A stretch of DNA of 64,000 nucleotides from Candidatus Aenigmatarchaeota archaeon (lineage in GTDB: Archaea > Aenigmatarchaeota > Aenigmatarchaeia > CG10238-14 > SCSR01), in assembly GCA_039000685.1 (NCBI GenBank), contig JAWBNW010000001.1, positions 14,655-78,654 of the forward strand, read 5' to 3'. The translations under genes were made by a program, and so were the position numbers. Shown here piece after piece: positions 57,964-64,000 of the stretch (position 1 is its first letter; each line of letters begins with the position of its first letter). The notes under the pieces are model-generated. The model was not told the origin of the DNA, did no database searches, and saw only the letters and a list, made by a program, of their open reading frames with translations.

Positions 57964-58338
57964 ATGCAATTTGATGTAAAAATACAACCCCCGTATTTGT
58001 ATCCAAAGAGAAAAAGAAAAGTTAAGTCTAGTATTAGAAAAAAATTAATGTACAAACCTCGCAAATGTGTTTATTGCAGAAAACATGAAGCTATGCATTT
58101 ACATCATGTTAGAGGTTTTGCAAAAGGCGGTAGTGATAAAGAAAGTAATTTAGTTCCTCTTTGCGCTAACTGCCATTACAAAATCCACCATGGTATAATA
58201 ACAACAGAACAATTGAAAAGAAGATTAGGAATTAAGACAAAGCTAAGGAAAAAATCAAAAAGAAAAAGAAGACAAGAATATTATAGGTTTGAATTACCTA
58301 AGTTTAAGCCACCAAAATTGAGTTTAAAACATTGGTGA
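57964..58338 (+). CDS. HNH endonuclease
   Basis: CVYC...HLHHV...GGSD..SNLVPLCANCH..IH. Confidence 0.85.
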   Translation: MQFDVKIQPPYLYPKRKRKVKSSIRKKLMYKPRKCVYCRKHEAMHLHHVRGFAKGGSDKESNLVPLCANCHYKIHHGIITTEQLKRRLGIKTKLRKKSKRKRRQEYYRFELPKFKPPKLSLKHW

Positions 58339-58343
58339 TATGT

Positions 58344-58472
58344 ATGCCAGAATTTCTTGCAAGAAGAAAGAAGACTAAGACAAAGAGGCCGGTAAGTTTT
58401 ATGACAAAATACGGCATTGTGTGTTTTAAAGCAAGAAGAAAACCAAAACGAAGATATAGGGTGAGATTTTAA
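58344..58472 (+). CDS. Small, highly basic protein (42 aa, absent from the ORF track)
   Basis: GGTGA SD; MPEFLARRKKTKTKRPVSF...RRYRVRF. Confidence 0.45.
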   Translation: MPEFLARRKKTKTKRPVSFMTKYGIVCFKARRKPKRRYRVRF

Positions 58473-58476
58473 TTTT

Positions 58477-58659
58477 TTATTTTTGAGTGTATAAGAACAG
58501 ACCGCCTACAAAAGCCATAATTATAGCCCCAAAAATATACCAACCTATATTTGAAAATTCAGGTGTTATTTGAGAAAAATTAGAAATAATTAAAAATACT
58601 ACATAGATTGCAAGTATACCAACCAATATAAATCTTATAAACTCCGTTATATTTTCCAT
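58477..58659 (-). CDS. Small two-TM protein
   Basis: Two hydrophobic helices; TATA-like upstream sequence. Confidence 0.45.
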   Translation of the reverse strand: MENITEFIRFILVGILAIYVVFLIISNFSQITPEFSNIGWYIFGAIIMAFVGGLFLYTQK

Positions 58660-58842
58660 AATTTTTTTAACCCACTTTTATATAAATATAAATTTATCTT
58701 TTATGCTCAATGTTTCTAGATTTAGTCTAAATGTTCTAATCACTGCTGTTAATCTTTTTTATTCTTCTTCATTCTGATAAGTTATGTATTCGATAAATTT
58801 AAAATACCAAACTTTTTAACTTCATTTAAACAATAACTTTTC

Positions 58843-59076
58843 ATGTCAGAAGATATAGAAGAGCAAAAATTTGGGATTTTCATAGTAAGGAGAATAAACA
58901 AGAAGACAAAACAAATGCAAGTTGAGCTGAAGACAAAAGGCGAAAAATTTCCACTAAGCGAGGCAGTGATAATCCTAGAAGGCTGGATTGAAAGGGTGAA
59001 ACAAGAAATAAAGAAGCCTTTCAACTTTGACAAGATGATCTTCAAAAGCTTTGACAAGCCAGAAGAAAAGCCTTGA
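58843..59076 (+). CDS. Small hypothetical protein
   Basis: 77-aa ORF with host-like codon use. Confidence 0.55.
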   Translation: MSEDIEEQKFGIFIVRRINKKTKQMQVELKTKGEKFPLSEAVIILEGWIERVKQEIKKPFNFDKMIFKSFDKPEEKP

Positions 59077-59198
59077 ATTCAATCAAATAAAATTAACTTA
59101 AGCTTTGCTTTTCCCACTAGCCACAATTTTTTCCAATAACTTTAAAAATAAAAGCTAATAAACTTTTAAACTATAAAAAACAAATTAAGGTTGATTGG

Positions 59199-59972
59199 AT
59201 GACAAGGGCGATAGCAATAATAAGTGGTAAGGGCGGGGTTGGCAAAACTACCTTAACCTCAAACCTGGCTTCTGCCTTATGTTTGCAAGGGGAAGATGTT
59301 GTTGCTGTTGACGCCAACCTAACAACACCAAACTTGGGCCTGCACTTAGGAATGCATTTCGCCCCAATAACTTTACATGATGTGCTGAAAGGGGAGTCAA
59401 AGCTTAGAGATGCAACTTATCCTCATCCATTTGGGTTTAAAGTTGTGCCCGCAAGCATGAGTGTTGATGATTTGACTGGAATTGATCCTTCAAGACTTTA
59501 CGAAGTAGTTTTAAACTTGACAGGGAAGACCAATTTCATCCTTTTGGATTCAGCAGCAGGCTTGGGCAGGGAAGCAACTTCAGCCTTGCAAGCAACAGAA
59601 GAAGTCTTGATAATCACAAATCCAAACTTGCCTTCGGTTGCAGATGCTTTGAAGACCATAAGGCTTGCTGAAAGGCTGGACAAGAAGATAATTGGAGTGG
59701 TTGCAAACAGGGTTAGAAAGAAAGAATATGAATTAACAAAAGCTGAGATTGAAGAGATGACTGGCTATCCAGTTTTAGCGCAAATCCCCGAAGATAACAA
59801 TGTGACAAAAGCAATTTTTGCAAAGATGCCTGTTGTTAATTATTCTCCTCATTCACCAGCTGCGATTGAATTTAAAAGACTGGCTTGCTTGCTTACAGGA
59901 AAACCTTTCCTTGAAAAGCCAAGACTTCACTTCACTCTCATCGATAGACTTGTTAACTGGATGATGAGATAG
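59199..59972 (+). CDS. minD: MinD/ParA-family ATPase
   Basis: SGKGGVGKTT, VDANLTTPNL, LLDSAAGLG, IPED. Confidence 0.88.
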   Translation: MTRAIAIISGKGGVGKTTLTSNLASALCLQGEDVVAVDANLTTPNLGLHLGMHFAPITLHDVLKGESKLRDATYPHPFGFKVVPASMSVDDLTGIDPSRLYEVVLNLTGKTNFILLDSAAGLGREATSALQATEEVLIITNPNLPSVADALKTIRLAERLDKKIIGVVANRVRKKEYELTKAEIEEMTGYPVLAQIPEDNNVTKAIFAKMPVVNYSPHSPAAIEFKRLACLLTGKPFLEKPRLHFTLIDRLVNWMMR

Positions 59973-60078
59973 TTTTTGCGATATACATTATCCTGAAGTT
60001 TGCATGAAAAGATAAAAGTTAGAAGATTCATTTAAATCAGGGAAATGAGTATGAAGTATTTTTGGCTTAAGAATAAAT

Positions 60079-61731
60079 TCACAATATAAAGCTCAAATCA
60101 ATCTCAAAAGCTGCTATTGGCATTTCCAACTTCCAATTCTCAAGAACAGAAGGGTGAATTTCGCCAATTATTCCAATAGCCTTGCCTTTAACCAAAATTT
60201 CTGCGGTTCTTCCTTCGATGAAGCTGGGATGCTTGCTCTCTCTTAACTTGTATTTTGCTCCAACCAAAGACATGAAAGCATCCAGAACAGCAACAATATC
60301 ATCATAGCTTACTCTAGAATCAGCAATTGCTACAACAAGCTTCCTCACATCTCTTGTTCTAGTTTCTTGCTTCTCATCAATCAAAACAACATCTCCAACT
60401 TCAAATATTTTTTGTGGATATTCAACATGTTGGTTATTTGCAAAAAATTCCATCAAGCTTGGCAATAGCCAATTCCTGAAAACACTCCAGTTTTCCGAGA
60501 CAATATTCTCTATTTCAGCTACTCTTTCTTCTTTCAAATTCATCTTCTTGAACAAATTCTCTTTGCTTGTTAAAGTGTAAGATAAAATCTCTTGAAAACC
60601 TAAGCTAACCATGAGCTCTTCAACTTTTTCAGTTTTCACTTCAATTTCACTAAGTTTCCCTTCAACTTTCATCTTCAAAGGTTCAGGCTTGATCTTGTTG
60701 TAGCCGTAAGAAATTATCACATCTTCAACCACATCTCTCTGATGCATTATGTCATTGCGATAAGCAGGGTAAAGCAATTCAATTTTTTTGCCTTTCTTCA
60801 AAATCTTGTAGTTTGCTTTCTCAAGCAATTTGCAAATTTCTCCCAAGCTTAAGTCAAGACCAGAAATTTTTCTCACGTAGCTTACATCAACAAAAGTCTT
60901 CTTCGGCTTGAAATCTGGTGTGATTATAGTTTTGCTAGGATAAACAACTTTCACAGAGCAAATTTCTCCACCTCGATCGGCCATAGCCGTTACCATCACA
61001 TTCAAAGCAGGCATCAAAAACTTTAAGTTAAAACCACTGCACTCAATGAAAACATTCTTTGTTTCTTCAGTAACTTTTCCACTATACTCTGAGTTTATGA
61101 TTGGTGGCAAGGACAAGACTTCATTTCTTGCATCGATGAAAATAGGATATTCTTTCTTTCCAGCAAGCAAATGTCCAAACTCTTTTCCTTTTGGATGCTT
61201 TTCCAAAATTTCCCTTGGTGTCAAAGCTTCCTTGAAATCAAGCGGAATGAACTTGATTCCATCAGGCTTTACTGTTGTAAATCTTATTGGTGGCTTAATC
61301 TTATCATAATCATAAACCCCAATTGCAACTTCTTTCCTGTTTCTTCCCAAGCTTCCAGCAATTTTTTCTTGAAGCTGAATCATTTGGGAGAGAAAAGCTG
61401 GAGTAACTTTTAAGTTTTTCACAACAGCACAAACTGTGTAAGGCCTAACTTTTGAAACTTTTTTATCAACTTCAACAACAACTTCTGAGCTCTTGACTTC
61501 ATATTCAGGAAAAATTGGCTCGAAAGCCCTACTTCTTATTTCTCTTGCTATTCCTTCTGAGCTCCATAAGTCTGGCCTGTTTGTGTCTTTTGCTTCAATT
61601 TTCAGATTGTCTCCTTCCACAGCCTCTATTTCACACTTTGCAAAATTTACAAGTTCTTTCAATTCTTCTATTTCAATTTTTCTTCCGATCAATTCACACA
61701 AATCTTGATAAGAAGCTTCTATGGTTGGCAT
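60079..61731 (-). CDS. pheT: Phenylalanyl-tRNA synthetase beta subunit
   Basis: MPTI start, TNRPDLWSSEG, LSLPPIINS, YRNDIMHQRDVVEDV, GEIHP. Confidence 0.95.
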   Translation of the reverse strand: MPTIEASYQDLCELIGRKIEIEELKELVNFAKCEIEAVEGDNLKIEAKDTNRPDLWSSEGIAREIRSRAFEPIFPEYEVKSSEVVVEVDKKVSKVRPYTVCAVVKNLKVTPAFLSQMIQLQEKIAGSLGRNRKEVAIGVYDYDKIKPPIRFTTVKPDGIKFIPLDFKEALTPREILEKHPKGKEFGHLLAGKKEYPIFIDARNEVLSLPPIINSEYSGKVTEETKNVFIECSGFNLKFLMPALNVMVTAMADRGGEICSVKVVYPSKTIITPDFKPKKTFVDVSYVRKISGLDLSLGEICKLLEKANYKILKKGKKIELLYPAYRNDIMHQRDVVEDVIISYGYNKIKPEPLKMKVEGKLSEIEVKTEKVEELMVSLGFQEILSYTLTSKENLFKKMNLKEERVAEIENIVSENWSVFRNWLLPSLMEFFANNQHVEYPQKIFEVGDVVLIDEKQETRTRDVRKLVVAIADSRVSYDDIVAVLDAFMSLVGAKYKLRESKHPSFIEGRTAEILVKGKAIGIIGEIHPSVLENWKLEMPIAAFEIDLSFIL

Positions 61732-62560
61732 TCAAATCCTCCTCAACCAATTCAACTTTCTTTTTTGAAATATATTTCCCACAATTTGGACAGATATAGC
61801 GTGGATATTTTTTATCTTTATATTTCCAAAATCCACATTTCCAAATTTTTTCATATCCACAATATGGGCAAGGAATTTCAATAGATGAGGCTCGTTTAAA
61901 GAAAGATTCTAACTCAATTATCTTTTGTATTTTATTTTGTTTTTCTTTATGTTTACTCAAAGGCAATAAAATTTTTGCTAATCTTATCACATCCTTTATG
62001 CGCATTAACATGACTCTATATAAATCGAAATTACAAACCCCTATGCCTGTGTAAGTACCTCTTTTTCTTACTAAATAAAAATGTGATTTAAATCCAAGTT
62101 CTTTTAATTTCTTATGAATTTGTTCTAAAATGGTTTTGTCACAAGTTCCTAAACTAAATACTAAGTCCTTATATTTTCCATTATATTTTTTGTGTTTGGT
62201 TATTATCCAACTACCTTCACTATCTACATATCCTGCTAAAAAAGAATAAAATAATTCTTCCTTATTTAATATCCATTCTGGAATGTACGTGGGTTTATTT
62301 ACTAAGAACTCAAAACTACTGTTCAAAGAACAATAAGCTCTAGTAGTTTTTTCTGTTGCACCACCTTTTTTCTCATACCACGAAACCTTTCCATAGCTTG
62401 AGAATACATTTTGAAACATCTCTATTTGTACAGGCTTAGAAGATGTTACCTCCACAATAACACGATTAGAATCTTTCCTCGCATATATATCACCAGCCCT
62501 TAAACCTAAAAGATAAGCTTTTTCTTCATCTGAAAGCAAAGGTATAGACAATTCGTTCAT
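61694..62560 (-). mobile_element. Free-standing double-motif LAGLIDADG homing endonuclease with C-terminal Zn ribbon, between pheS and pheT
   Basis: AYLLGLRAGD and SFLAGYVDSEGS motifs; CPYC...CPNC; overlaps the pheT start. Confidence 0.88.
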
Positions 62561-62570
62561 TCACATCTAC

Positions 62571-63854
62571 CTATTCTACAGATTGCTTCAGTCTCAGCCA
62601 CTTTAAATCTTTGGAAAAAAGTTCTCTTATATCGTTTATATTTAGTTTAAACATAGCTAATCTATCGATGCCTAAACCCCAAGCCAACACTGGTACTTTT
62701 ATACCTAAGGGGTAGGTTACCTCTTCTCTGAAAATTCCTGAACCACCAAGTTCAATCCATCCAAGTTGGGGGTGCTTGCAAGATAATTGGGCCGAGCATT
62801 CTGTGAAAGGATAGTAGTCAGGAATGAACTTAACCTCTTCAGCTCCAGCTATTTCTTTTGCAAACATTTTTAAAATTCCCAATAAATTTCTGAAGTTTAC
62901 ATCTTCACCCAAAACAATCCCTTCAACTTGATTAAACTCAACTCCATGAGAAGCATCAATCACATCTGGCCTATAGCACCTAGCTATAGCAAAGTATTTT
63001 CCAGGAATTTTTGGTTTACTTGCTAAAGTTCTTGCAGACAAGCAAGTACCATGTGCTCTTGGCATGAGCTGCATTGCAATTCTTGGATCCCATTTATAAC
63101 CCCAGCCTGTGCTTCCAGCAATTCCTTTTTCATGAGCTTTTTTCACTGCTTGAACAAACTTTTTTGGTAAACTCCCAAGCTTTGGATATTTCATCATGTA
63201 AGTGCTCCACCAATCTCTTGCAGGATGATTTTGTGGCTGATACAAGGCATCGAAATTCCAGAACTGTGTTTCTATTGTAGGGCCTCTCATTTCAATGAAG
63301 CCCATGTCAACAAGCTTCTTTCTGATTTGACTCAAAAATTGTAAGTAAGGTTGCCTTTTTCCATGAGAAATTTTGTCCAATTCAAGCTTCTTTCTAACAG
63401 TCACAACATCAACAGGCTTGAATTTTCGTCCTTTCCACAATTTTGTGACCAAAAGTTCATGGCTTAGAACATCAATTATATTTCCAGCTTTAGCTAAAGC
63501 TTCTTCAACCGCTTTGTAAGTTTCTGTAACTTTTTCAACCAAATTCCTTTCAATCAAAGTTTTCAAAGTTTCTTCATCAACTTCTTTTCCTTTAGCAATT
63601 TTCTTCAGAGCTTCTTCTTCCGGAATTTCTTCAGGCACAGGTTTCATAAGAATTATTTCATCACCTTTTTTCATCACCCATCCTTTTTCCAAAGCCCATT
63701 TCAAAGCTATGGGAAAATTCTTGATTTTTGGTATGAGCTTGCCAAGAGTTGCAGTTTTTTGGGGCATGCTGTCTAGCAGCAAAACAAGATTCTTCTCAGG
63801 CAAGCCTTTCTCCAAGTACTCCTTTCCTTCTTCTGTCAGCTTATAGCTTGACAT
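62571..63854 (-). CDS. pheS: Phenylalanyl-tRNA synthetase alpha subunit
   Basis: FWNFDALYQPQNHPARD, YRPDVIDASHGVEFNQVEG, YYPFTE, WGLGIDRL. Confidence 0.95.
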   Translation of the reverse strand: MSSYKLTEEGKEYLEKGLPEKNLVLLLDSMPQKTATLGKLIPKIKNFPIALKWALEKGWVMKKGDEIILMKPVPEEIPEEEALKKIAKGKEVDEETLKTLIERNLVEKVTETYKAVEEALAKAGNIIDVLSHELLVTKLWKGRKFKPVDVVTVRKKLELDKISHGKRQPYLQFLSQIRKKLVDMGFIEMRGPTIETQFWNFDALYQPQNHPARDWWSTYMMKYPKLGSLPKKFVQAVKKAHEKGIAGSTGWGYKWDPRIAMQLMPRAHGTCLSARTLASKPKIPGKYFAIARCYRPDVIDASHGVEFNQVEGIVLGEDVNFRNLLGILKMFAKEIAGAEEVKFIPDYYPFTECSAQLSCKHPQLGWIELGGSGIFREEVTYPLGIKVPVLAWGLGIDRLAMFKLNINDIRELFSKDLKWLRLKQSVE

Positions 63855-64000
63855 TTAATCACTATTTGATTTTTTTAATATTATTTGTATGTCCATGCGA
63901 TTCCTTTTTCAATTTTTCTTAGAGCTTTATAAAGCTCTTCTCCTTTACACTTCCACCCCCCCATCCTATAATATATTTTACCATCAGCATTCATTGCTAC

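Noticed and set aside
59989..60045. Imperfect hairpin between convergent minD and pheT (possible sRNA or terminator)
   Set aside because: The pairing is weak with a large loop, and no convincing C/D or H/ACA boxes were seen.
61694..62570. Group I or BHB intron housing the pheS-pheT endonuclease
   Set aside because: Only 10 nt separate it from the pheS stop, it overlaps pheT, both host genes are uninterrupted, and no flanking structure is visible.

Overview
AT-rich archaeal chromosome segment, probably DPANN (Aenigmarchaeota-like; this is an inference from gene content and GGTGA/GAGG Shine-Dalgarno motifs). It carries the rad50 3' end, a KaiC-like pair, a type IV pilus locus, herA, aIF5B (infB), peptidases, a PINA ATPase, tmk, purD/purF, five aminoacyl-tRNA synthetases (His, Ile, Ala, Leu, Phe alpha/beta), a decaying homocitrate/ATP-grasp island, acetyl-CoA synthetase, iorAB, minD and two tRNA-Arg genes. 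The main result is a 32-nt frameshifting, stop-containing insertion in the GTP-binding G1 motif of infB. It folds into a canonical bulge-helix-bulge (BHB) structure, and its removal restores GHIDHGKT, so it is a likely tRNA-endonuclease-spliced mRNA intron. The window also has a tRNA-Arg(UCU) with two non-canonical BHB introns (8/9 and 29/30), two LAGLIDADG inteins (IleRS, ACS), free-standing homing-endonuclease genes flanked by duplicated or recoded target-gene ends (tRNA-Arg, pheS), and short cognate-codon uORFs upstream of leuS and ileS. All calls come from reading the sequence; no database search was run.
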